Shown piece after piece: positions 51,352-62,699 of a stretch of DNA of 64,000 nt. Positions within the stretch are counted from its first letter, which is position 1. Each line of letters opens with the position of its first letter. Source of the DNA: Takakia lepidozioides (Eukaryota; Plantae; Bryophyta); NCBI GenBank assembly GCA_030704615.1, contig CM060732.1, forward strand, positions 22,754,001 through 22,818,000. The letters are read 5' to 3'. The notes beneath the pieces were generated by a model. The model saw only the letters and a program-made list of their open reading frames with translations, had not been told where the DNA came from and ran no database searches. Both the position numbers and the translations under genes were made by a program.

Positions 51352-52244
51352 GAGGCCTGCACCAACCTCCCCAATGCCTATTCTGTCGTACTCTCGCTGC
51401 AGGTCCTCCCGTCCACAAAAGGTTGAAGTTTGCCTTCTCGCTCCAAGGTGGGCGGTTCAAACATGCGATGAGTTGCAGCAGTCGATGATACCACCAGCGT
51501 GCCGTGCTCGTCGTCACTCTGTAATTCCCAAAATCGTGAGAACCAACATCGGTGCCAAAACCAGCATCGCAACCACCATAGCAACAATCGTGTAACAAAA
51601 ATGAAAACATAACAAGTTTAGGAAGTATGGAGAGCCATGCAACAACAATGAAAACAAATGCAACCATTGCCTAAGAATGACATGCACAAGCAGCCTTCTC
51701 CAGAGCTGCCGGATTTGCACACGCATTACAAACAATCTAAGGTTCACTCAATTATCTAAGGTTCACTCATCTAGCGAAGCCAGGATGAAGATGCAAAAAC
51801 AAAGCGAGGCAACAAAGCGAAAGCAAAAGCGAAAGCGAACAAAGCGAAAGCAGAAGTGGCTTGCCTGAGAGTACTCGGCTTCAGTTGGCGCGGGTTGTGA
51901 GCAAGACACTGGAATCTCCTGCTGGAGCTTCAGTTTGGCCATGCGAGAGATTGGCCGTCGTCCGTAGTACAGAGCTTTCAACTTCCGCCGCGGTCTGGAT
52001 GTGAGGTCTCTCTCAGGAGAGCCACGCCCTTCAGGCGACATAAGTCCCAGCCAAAATGGAAAAAGATCTCCGTTTTTGGGGTACATGCCTCGAATAGCAT
52101 GTTAAGCCAAGATTAGCATCAGATTTAGGGTACGTATCCAGGAAGCCATGTGTCGCCAGCCCGAATGAAAACGGATGGCGGTGGAAATTTATTGCCCAAC
52201 TGCGCAATTAAATGTCGGATGAAGCCCTCCATGTCGGATGAAAA

Positions 52245-53960
52245 TCGACGGAACTCGGCCGGAATTTCCAATGTAGAGGTAATTCGGAGCGCTGCAAGAT
52301 TGAAATCCGGCGCCGGATTTCCATCCTGCAGGTAATTCGGAGCGCAGCAGGATGGAAATTCAGCGCCGAATTTCCATCCTGCAAGGTAGGGCGGCGCGCG
52401 AAATTTCCCTCACGCAGGTAATTCAGAAGCGGATGGATGGAAATCCGGCGCCGAATTTCCATCCGCGCAGGTAGGGCGGCGCGCGAAATTTCCCTCACGC
52501 AGGTAATTCCGAAGCGGATGGATGGAAATCCGGCGCCGGATTTCCATCCGCGCAGGTAGGGCAAAATTCCCTCACGCAGGTAATTCGGAGGCGGATGGAT
52601 GGAAATTCGGCGCCGAATTTCCATCCTGCAGGTAATTCGAATCCCGGATGGATGGAAATCCGGCGCCGAATTTCCATCCAGCAAGTAAGTCGGATCGCTG
52701 GCGTATGGATATTTGGCGCCGAATTTCCATTCGGCAGGTATTTCGAAGCGCTGAATTACCTTCCTGCAGGTAATTCTGAGCGTGTCCGATTGATTTTTCG
52801 GAGAAAAACAAACCTAACTGTTTGTTTTGTGGCTAAAGTGCACTTGTAGACACGTTTTTCTTGGAATTCTTGACTGCTAGAGGCAAATCGGAACAGCCTC
52901 GGACGGAAATTCGGCGCCGTTTTTCCATTCTGGGAGGTTTTTACGACTTCCTTTGAGGGGGCCCCGATGGAAATTCGGCGCCGAATTTCCATCCGGGGGA
53001 TGGTCTCTGTCGGAGAGGTGCCGGCCTCTCCGCCGCTCTGTTGGATATTCGGTGCCGAATTTCCGTCCGGGGGTTGAAATATGACGGCCAGGTGCCGGCC
53101 TCTCCCCCTCCCTGACTGCATTGGAACGGCCCCGGATGGAAGTTCGGCGCCGTTTTTCCATCTGGGGAGGTTTTTATGTCGGCCAGTTTTCGGCCTGACC
53201 CCCCGACACGACTTCCTTTGGGGGGCCCGGATGGAAATTCGGCGCCGAATCTCCATATAGGGGATGCTCTCTGTCGAACACGTGCCGGCCTCTACGCCCG
53301 AGGCGACTTCATCCGGGCGTCCCCTGTTGGATATTCGGTGCCGAATTTCCGTCCGGGGGTTGAAATGTGACGGCCAGGTGCCGGCCTTTCCCCCCTCCCC
53401 GACTGCATCCGAACATCCCCGGATGGAAATTCGGCGCCGTTTTTCCATCTGGGGATGTTTTTATGCCGGCCAGTTTTCGGCCTGACCCCCCGACACGACT
53501 TCCTTTGGGGGGGCCCGGATGGAAATTTAGCGCCGAATGTCCATCCAGGGGATGTTCTCTGTCGCACACGCGCCGGCATCTGCGCCCGAGGCGACTTCAT
53601 CCGGGCTTCCCCTGATGTATATTCGGTGCCGAATTTCCGTCTGGGGGTTGTAATGTGAGGGCCAGATGGCGGCCTTTCCCCCGAGCCGACTGCATCCGAA
53701 AGGCCTCGGATGGAAATTCGGCGCCGTTTTTCCATCCGCGGAGGTTTTAGGTCGGCCAGTTTTCGGCCTGACCCCCCGACAGGACTTCCTTTGGGTGGAT
53801 CCGAATGGAAATTCGGCGCTGAATTTCCATCCGGGGGATGTTTTCTGTCGGACAGGTGCCGGCATCTCTGCCCCAGACGACTTCATCCGTGCGGCCCCTG
53901 TTGGGTATTGGGTGCCGAATTTCCATTCGGGGGTAGTAATGTGACGGCACGGTGCCGGTT
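52245..53960. repeat. Element C intergenic palindrome array GGATGGAAATTCGGCGCCGAATTTCCATCC, including a ~287-bp higher-order repeat (3 x ~96 bp)
   Basis: About 19 cores from 52309 to 53911, between the divergent cargo and transposase genes. Confidence 0.92.
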
Positions 53961-54230
53961 TCTCCCCTTCAGCCGACATCATCCGGACGGCCCCCCACTT
54001 TCTAACTGCATACCGTTGGCAGTTATTGCGCAAAGACCAGGGGCCGCATTCCGGAGACAAGGTTCATTAACACTCTGACTCTGGATTTTTGAGATAGTTG
54101 GCTCCCTGGATTTGGATCAGGCTTCGTCGCTCGGACAAATTGGCACCGCATTCCTTCCCATCGCTGCATCCCCCTTCTACCAGGGAGCTTCCCCGCACGC
54201 CATCCTGGCAGTCTTGTGTGCACATCTCCC

Positions 54231-57200
54231 ATGGCGGAAAACCCGAGCGCTACAGTGTACTGCCCTCCTCACGAGCATAGAGCTTCATTTCCGTGCAGAG
54301 GGGACATCTGCCGGGTGATGGAGAAATATCTGTGCGTTCGATACCACCTGAAACCGGGGCCGGTTTTTTTGGAGGAGGAAAGGAAGGACTCAACGGCCTT
54401 GTTGTCGAGAGTATTGTTGTGCTCCACGATGATTTCGGCGATGGCAGGGAATGGCGAGTTCCACCATCGGACAGCGTCATATATAGGGCTGTTGGGGACT
54501 TCATTTGCCTGCCAAATGCACCTTCTATCCTGGCGCCTTCCACGAAACAATCCGCGAATCAGAGAGTGGCTACCTCAACGAGAGAAGTCTGCAACGAAGT
54601 AAATCCAGAGCCGAACCCATCCATGAAGACGAGCGAGAACCGGGTTGTTCACAACCTGTCCCGACTCAAACGAGGTCATGGAAGTTCCGAGGTCATCCTG
54701 GAGGTCAGGCAAGTCCTCAATGGACGTCAGTGGAGGAGGGAGTCATATTCCCAGCACGAGCACCGCAGTTCGATCTATTCTTGAAATTCTGCGAGGGCTT
54801 CACCTGGAGGGACACCGGTCGGAGCTGGCCGGGCTGGACTACAACAAGTTCGCAATTAAATCGGTTACATGCCTTCCCGCCGACATCGATGGTAATATCT
54901 TCTTTGAGTTCCCTCCTCGGGCGGACTACTCGAGGGTGTCCGGAATGTTGACAGATATGGATAGAAAACATGACGGTCATCCTTGGTGCGTTACCAAAAC
55001 CACCAGCATGAAGATGCTCGATGGTGTGCCGGTGCGCTACGTTGTTTGTGCGGGCGCGTTGCGGTGTTTCTCCCCAACTTGCTTCCACTTTAAATCCAGA
55101 GGTCACAGGAACGAGACCGATTGGACAGGCACAGCTCATCAACCATTTCGAGCTCAGGAGAAGGTTCCGAACTCCACATTTGAGTGTGCGCATTGCAAAG
55201 AACCACCACACTGCATGTCTGTTTGTAATGCCAAGCAGTTCTATGTGTTGCACCGTTTCCCTGACCTCACCCGAGCTTGCATACACGTTGGTTCCCATTG
55301 TCACAAATTGGCGAGGGGGAACTCGCGGGAGGCTGCCCACGAAGTAGAGCAGCTCGTTCAGGAGGAGGTTAAGTTTAGACCGGGTGCCAAACCCAAACAG
55401 ATACAGCTCCAAGCCGCCCATAAGATGGCATTGGCCAGACTTATGTCGGAAGACGGCTCCGATAGAGTTCCTCTCGATGAGAAGGAAATGGAGGCATTGT
55501 TGGAGTCGGTGTCCCACGTATGTTCACCGAATGTCCGAAACCACATTGTCTCATGCAAACAGAAAATTGGGCGTGGCTCGGATATGCACTCCATTCTGGA
55601 GGTGAAGCGACGATGTGGATATGACTACATTCATGGAAGTAGGTTTCCAGGACAAGGGACTGAGGTAGATTGTTGTTTCGTATTCAAAATGTCCACGTGT
55701 GGACCTGGCAGCGGCGTCGAACTGGTCGACAGGATGGCGAGTGGGGACTTGTCAAACAGTTGGGTCATGTTCGACCATATCAAGCGAATTACAAATCACC
55801 AGTGGGTGACAATGGGTGCACATGTCTACGACACCCACTGCAGGATGCTAATGACAATTGCTATTTGTGAGATGAAAGGAGAGGACACACAATCGGAGAT
55901 GCTTCTTTGGCAGGGAATAAACGAACAGATGGCCAAGGCGGGATTGCCCCCTCCCAATTTCCGTGGTTTCATGGCGGACAACGCACAAGCAAATTGGGTT
56001 GCCATCCGAAGGGTGTACGGGCAAGACCCCAATGTTCCCATGGAAGGCAAGGAGAGATCTTGTGGGTTCCATTTTCTGCAGAGCCTTTCGCAGTACACAA
56101 CCAGGCTCGTGGCGCCAGATTTCAGAGAGGAGCACCGTTCCATGTGCCTTGCGTGGAAGCGCGCTCCCACCTTGGATGATGCAGAGACACAGTTTGCATG
56201 TATACGGGCTTGGTGGACATCGTCAGGTGCTGTAAGGAAATCAGACGAGGGAACAATGGTCAGTTGGCTAGCATGGTGGCATTATCATTTCCTCCAGTTC
56301 GGCGACTATATGCGGGAGGTGAGTTGCACGAATTCGCGTCCCGTTGAATATTATTCTTGGCCATATTTGTAACTTGCTTGTAACCTCAACATGTGCTTGT
56401 GCAGGAAATGTGTCTCGACTCCGACACCGACATCCCACGACAAACATGGCCGAATCAGTGCACTCTTCCTGGCGGCCTCCTCTACGGCGCATCTGGAGGA
56501 CATCCTCACTGCCACAACGGAGGACATTGTGAGGTCAATTATGCAGCAATGCAGGTACAACGAGTTCTTGAAAGGGAAACAGTGGGGCTTGGGCCCGGAC
56601 AGGCAGGAAATGCTGATGCGGACTGCCTCTAGATCGAAGAATCCTCGGAAGTGGGCGGCGGCCTTGCGAGAGGGCCTTTGGGACACGCCATTGCTGCGAA
56701 GAGGCCAACATTTGGAAGGAGATGTTCATACCCGTCCAGTGAGACGAAGACTTGACGAGGCACCTGGCGGAGAAGATGATTCATGGCGAGCTGACAAGAA
56801 TATTCGCACGCTCCCTCGTGGTCCGGTGATGTTGCCCGAGGAGGTCTCGTCGAGCACCGCAAGTCTTGCACGTTCAAGATCGCCATCTCCTTTGAGCACA
56901 GGGCGCGTGCCCCGACAACATAACGAGCCATCTGTAGTAAAGCAGTACAACATTCCCATTGTGGAGACAAGAGTGTCGGAGTCACAAAATCTGTCGCTGA
57001 AACAAGGTGCAGGTACAGCACCATGTGGGTTCCTCCGAATCATCTCACCACAGCGTGCTCGCCCAAGTACGGGATTCAGGGAGTGCCGGAGCCTCCGGGC
57101 GTCTGGCCTGTTGCACCGAGTTGCAGCCTCTCTCAGAATGAGGCGGATGCTCTATCTGCAGCAGGATTTCGAATGGTGCAACGCACAGACATCCCGGCCC

Positions 57201-57676
57201 ACGCATTTCCGGTTCCTCAGACCCAGCCATTGCAGACTGCTCGGTCCAGTAGAGACGGATTGGACAATTCTGCACATCCCACAATGCAATTCGGAAGAGT
57301 GAAGAGACGACACCCTCCCAACAAGTTGAATGAGACTCGGATTGCCAATGCTCTTGGGATGGCTTGCACTATTCAGAGCTCCGTGGACGTACCCCCACCC
57401 GGCCTTGGGCGTGTGTATCGGATGGCAACGGCCGGCTCGGCTGTACGCGACGATGTATACACAATTACGATTGGAGTGGAGCCGACTTGCAATTGTACGG
57501 ACTTCTTGTTGATGGAAGCAAAGAAGGGTTCGAAGTATTATCCGTGCAAGCATCTGTATTACATTTACCTGAAGAGGTTGAGGATGAACGTGACTATTGA
57601 TGACTTTATTCATGCACCGGCGTTGAGCGTGAACGAGCTGCACAAACTCCTCCTTAGGGATTCCAGAAATCATTGA
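54231..57676 (+). pseudogene. Mutator-family transposase of element C (frameshifts; intron 56319-56404; micro-inversion ~56987-57050)
   Basis: Same DDE, CxxH and SWIM motifs as 37386-40987. Confidence 0.9.
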
Positions 57677-57829
57677 TGGGGCAAAGGGAATCCTCCATAT
57701 GGATATTTTCAATTGCATTTTGCTGTATCAGATTTTTTTTTGCAGTGTAATGAAATGCACCCCAAAACTCCTGGAATGAGGCAATATTCCATTCAAACTG
57801 AGATCCAACAGAAGCAGTTGTGGGGCCAT

Positions 57830-58270
57830 TTCTGGAAAAATGGCGCCGAATTTCTCTTTTTGGGGCCGAAAACTGGCTAAGTCCCAACATGCACTGGTAC
57901 TTGTGTTTGGGAAAATGGCGCCAAATTTCTCTTTTTTGGGCCGAAAACTGGCTAAGTCCCAACATGCACTGGTACCGTGTCTGGAAAAATGGCGCCGAAC
58001 TTCTCTTTTTTGGGCCGAAAACTGGCTAAGTCCCAACATGCATTGGTACAGTGTCTGGAAAAATGGAGCCGAATTTCCCTATTTTGCGCCGAAAACTGGC
58101 TAAGTCCGAACATGCACTGGAAAAATGGCGCCAAATTACCTGTCATGAGGGGACCTATAGCCGCGGAATTCGGCACCATTTTTCGCCAGAGAGACCTATT
58201 ACCGCGAAATACGTCGACGTTTTTTCAGGTTACGGACCCTATTACCGCGAAATTCGGCGCCATATTTGCA
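57830..58270. repeat. 74-75 bp subterminal tandem repeat with AAAATGGCGCCGAATTT (element C)
   Basis: Cores at 57842, 57917, 57991, 58065, 58127, 58172, 58256. Confidence 0.9.
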
Positions 58271-58697
58271 CATGTCGCTGGGAATTGACATGAGCGGAAG
58301 ACGAAATATCATGAGCACAACTGTCAAAACTACAATTTTCCCTTCAAGGTGCCGAATAATATATTTGTTTTTCCTGACACATTGCATTAAATTAATGTTT
58401 TTATTGTTTTTTTATTGTTTTTTATTTTCGAAATTTGTACTTCTGCTCATGAAAACCGATTGTCTTACTACTCCGCTCATGCCGCTCATGCTCATGAAAT
58501 AGCTAACCTCGTTCCTTCTCATCTCTCCAAGCCTCATCATCTTCAGGCATATCACTGCCACCTTCATTATCAACATCTTCCTCAACTACTGAAGGTATTA
58601 GTTTGGCTTTGCTTCTTGTTACTATCATTGTACTTACTTCTGGTACAACACATGGCCTAACCATGTGAGCTGCCACCACTGGGCCCTCATTCATAGG

Positions 58698-59055
58698 TGT
58701 CAAGTTAAATAAGCACAATGTGAAAACAGCTAGAATAAAACTAGTTATTTGTATTTAACACTTGGATTTAGGTCAAGTGTTAAATCAGGTGTCAAGTTTA
58801 GTTTGACACCTGGTCCGTCTTATCTTCACGAGAGCGGCAGTCGCGCGGCTCATCTCTCTCGAGTTGAGCCTGCGCGACCGAGCTCCTGCATGTGTTTAGG
58901 TTTGAGTGTGCTTATGTAGGGGTACAGGTTGTTGTGGGGTGGAGTCCCCATAGCTTGGGGTGCCCCTGGCTCGACTTCTGTTTCAATGAGGGATAACGAT
59001 GGATTTTATATTTCTTGTGTTGGGAGTGTGTGTCCTTTTTTTAGCTTGTTTATCA
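58698..59055 (+). repeat. 5' terminal repeat (unit X) of the PHD-Gypsy element
   Basis: TGTCAAG...TTATCA; near-identical to the reverse complement of 336-693. Confidence 0.9.
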
Positions 59056-59069
59056 CTCGAGAGAGATGA
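59055..59069 (+). promoter_or_regulatory. Putative self-priming PBS
   Basis: ACTCGAGAGAGATGA is the exact complement of 58850-58864 inside the repeat; no tRNA-type TGG PBS is present. Confidence 0.7.
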
Positions 59070-61214
59070 CGCTTGCATCTGTGAGTGCCAGAGGTGAGTT
59101 TAGTTTTAAGCACTTGTGGTTTTGGTTTTAGAAGTGAGAGAAGAAAATTATGGTAGATTATGTTTGTGACAAGGCTGGTGGAGCAGCAGGATGATGCGCA
59201 AATGTAAGGAAGACTATGTTTGTTGGTAGCTGCTGACAACCGTAACCCTGTCCCTGGACTTCTTCTCCGGAGGTGGAAGACTGTATGCAGCATGCATGCA
59301 AGAGTGTGGTTGTGACAAGGGAACAAACGCTTGCGGTTGAATAGTTGTTACAAGTTGGGCACTCGGTGCGTCGCTATAACTGCAACTATACAGGAGCACC
59401 GCGAGAGGCAGATTGCTCTACAGCCTTTGCTGTACTTGGTCAGTCCAATGGTGACAAATCCAGACCTTGTTAAAGCAACATAGACAGAGAAGCGATTTAT
59501 AGAAAGAAGGTGAGGAGCAGTGAAGAGTGTACGGGAAAGGGAGCCCTGGCAGCCATGGCATAGCATCGTGCTCCGCACCACGGGTTATCTCGAAAGAATC
59601 GATGAAGAGTAACGATGCGAAAAGCCCGCTTACAGTGTTGAAAATATTCAACACAACCTGCGGATTATCTACCTGAGTGCTTCTGAAGCTGCATGGATTA
59701 AGCTTCTTCAACACAGCCAATGAAGTGTTCGTTATATGACAGTTATGACCAAGGAAGTGAGGAAATGCCTCATCTGCTCAGCTCAAGCTTTCCCGCTCTA
59801 CAAGCTCCACGCTCAAGCTCTCGCTCCACGCTATAGCAGACATGGTGGGGAAGGGATGCACTCGGCTTTGTGGTAGCTGAAGCCAAGAGACAGGGAAAAC
59901 GATTGATACTCACCTTCACCAATAATTATTCTATCTTCGGTGGAAGACGCAATATGTGCAATGGGCGAGCCAGTATGCTGGTATTCATCTGAATTCGGAG
60001 GATGGCGGCGTATGTGAAGAACTGGGATTCTAACCATGTGTTGGAGCTGCAGGGAGGTAGCGTGGTGGCGTAGGGTCGCAAGCACGGGGTCGGGGACATT
60101 GGCTGGTAGGACAGCAACGGCAGTGGTAGCGCCGGCCGGGTAGAAGGCTGAACTGAAATGCTTGGTGTCAGTTGGAATGACCAGCAACCTTTCCCTCCAG
60201 CAAGTCCACCCAACATAGCTCAAAGACAGAGGAGACCTGTGACCGAGATATGGAGTGAGTGGTTATCCAACCTTGAAGTTTGTGGCCAGTCTGAATGCTG
60301 TTGCTGCCCAACTTGGCCAGACACTCGGTACACTCCCACATTTGCTCACGCCACAACGCAGACATTTTGGTTCTGTAGGCACGACATAATGACCTGCGTA
60401 TTTGGCCAGGGAACATTGCAGACAAGTCCAACGGGGATGTTGCGGTGGATCAGTATACCGCTAGCGGGTATGCTTCTACATTGAACATGATCGCTACCTG
60501 AATTGAGATAGTGCCTTGCCCTATCGGAGTATGCAGACCTATGCTCCAAGCTTCAACTAAATGACGAAGCTGATCTGGTTACTCTCTACTCTGTGGATAG
60601 TCCAACACAGTTGCTTTTGTCAATAAGCTCCTTCACCACTTCCACATTTGACACTAGGTCCGAAGATTGTCTGAAGAGAGAGCAAGTGCAGATGGCAGCT
60701 GCCCACCAGGTTCTGACAGAGTATCATCAGGGCTTGTCCCTGCATTAGGGATGGCTCAAGTGCTTGCATCACGGGAAACAGATGCCTGACGCTGCACAGG
60801 CCATCACCATCGCCATAGCCATACACCCGAGCTCGAGAGTCGTCGCTGGAGCAAAGCAGCTCACTAAGCGAGCAAGTTTGTGGTGCACCTGTAACCACAA
60901 ATGAAACCTGGGAACGGTTCTTAATGGCGGGAACGTTTTGGTGTTAAAAAAAAAAAAAAACTTTGATATAATTTAAATGATTTAGAGCCTGGTTGGTCAT
61001 AACTTTGTCAAATGGACTCCGTTTGACTCAGTTTTTGGGTGGATAGCTGCAGAAAGGGGAAATCTACATATCTACACCCGGTTTTTGTTTTGGGGACTCT
61101 GCTAAAAATCTGTTGAATTTTTAGAGTGTGAGTGTGCTATGAAAGATCCACAATTCTGTGTCCAGAATCTGTTATGGTCTACATGAGACATAAATCTGTG
61201 GATGTACTCCTTGC

Positions 61215-61964
61215 ATGGCTGGGGGAAATGAGGACGTAATTGAAGGGCAGGTCTCTTCTCTTAGCCTGTGCACACAAGGGGACAGGATTTATGTTTCCCA
61301 AGGAACTCAGACTGATTTGAGTGGAGAACAGTTGGACGAGTTGATTGCTTACTGGGAGTCAGGCATTAGCAGTAGACAACAGACTGCTGTAGTTGGCATT
61401 GAGGGCCTCAATATCGCCTTGGACAGTCAGAACTCTGTTGGAGCCAGCAGTTCTGCAGCTGTAGGTGAAATACCAAAGTGGGTGAAAGCTAGGCTTGGAA
61501 CACAGCCAAAGACAGCCCCGGGGACCAAGGTGTTCAGCCACAAGGCCGTGGTGTACTGGAGCAGAGGAGCAGGAGCTACACAAGTTTGTGCAATCAGACA
61601 TGGTTGCAGCCGGATACGCTCTGCACAGGGCAACCACGAGCGGGGGTTCATCAGCAATGACATGTTTGTTGTGCGTGAAGGAGATGCAGTCATTCGCAAT
61701 GAGGACACCCGCAACCGTCTCAAAGCTTTCGAGTTGAGAGACTATCAGACCCTACCTTTGTTTTCTTTAGTGTTCAGTGAGCGGGAGATAGGGGAGTATT
61801 GCTTTGTCTCTACCTGGCAGAAAGAGGAGGAGGGTTGGTTAGAGCGAGCTACTGTAGCTTGGGACAAGGTTAGTGGCAGGTTTCTGGACATAGATATACC
61901 TCCTACACCTTACCATCATGCAGAGCGAGGCACTTTGAGAGAAGTCTGGCAGTTGATAGCATAG
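61215..61964 (+). CDS. Uninterrupted 249-aa ORF upstream of gag, unknown function
   Basis: ATG-initiated, globular-looking composition, no motif recognised. Confidence 0.5.
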   Translation: MAGGNEDVIEGQVSSLSLCTQGDRIYVSQGTQTDLSGEQLDELIAYWESGISSRQQTAVVGIEGLNIALDSQNSVGASSSAAVGEIPKWVKARLGTQPKTAPGTKVFSHKAVVYWSRGAGATQVCAIRHGCSRIRSAQGNHERGFISNDMFVVREGDAVIRNEDTRNRLKAFELRDYQTLPLFSLVFSEREIGEYCFVSTWQKEEEGWLERATVAWDKVSGRFLDIDIPPTPYHHAERGTLREVWQLIA

Positions 61965-62699
61965 ATCAGGATTAGATCTTGCTTGGTCGGGCTTCTATTC
62001 TTCCCCTCCATCTCTGTACTATTTTCATTACCTTGTACTTGTAGTTGCCAAAGCCTCTCTTGGTGGAGGCCAGTCAGTCCGGGGTTTTGGGCTGGGCTAT
62101 TCTGCAGGATCAGCATTGCAGCTGGATTTTGGTGTGGGGGTGTTGATGTTTTGATTTCTTGTGTTTGGATCCCCCCCAACACCTGCATGCTTGACTGTGC
62201 GCCATGTTGGTTTTGTGTGGGCGCTTGCTTTCATAGGGATTAGGCCGGATTTGATCACCGGTCAATCCTAGAGTATGCTGTCGGTGGTGAGGCTGGAGTG
62301 ATGACCAGCAAGACCACCAGTGTTTCTTCTATGGTGAGGCTGGGTTGATGACCAGCCAACCATAGGAGTTCTTGCGGTGGATGCAGGTGCAGGTGCCCTG
62401 AGCCATTGGGATATGACCCTTAAACTGCAACAGGTGCCCACCCGTGTCACTATTAGATTAGTACTAGAGCCTTATAGTGTCACGTGGAGGAGGTGCACAT
62501 TGTGAGTGTCATTACGGAGTTACCCAAGGGTTTTGAGGGGAGTACGGCTACAGGCAGTAACAGTGAGAGTGGGTTCACAAGACGAGGTATTCGGTTCAGA
62601 CCACCTTCACCGCCACCCTCAATTACTGTAGAGTCAGACACAGACTCGGAGGCTTCATCAACAGGTGTGCACTTTCATTCGCCATTGTTGTGGGACGAC

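Larger units (their letters stand above)
48376..58510. mobile_element. Mutator-like element C (transposase plus cargo gene lacking the methyltransferase part)
   Basis: 9-bp TSD GTTCCTTCT at 48367-48375 and 58511-58519. TIRs GGGGGCTGCTATTTCATGAGC / GAGGTTAGCTATTTCATGAGC. Confidence 0.95.

Noticed and set aside
59350-59400. Peroxidase-like (RRYNCNYTGAP) and germin-like (VPDPVLAT, ~60075-60100 minus) fragments
   Set aside because: Too short and weak to call without a search.
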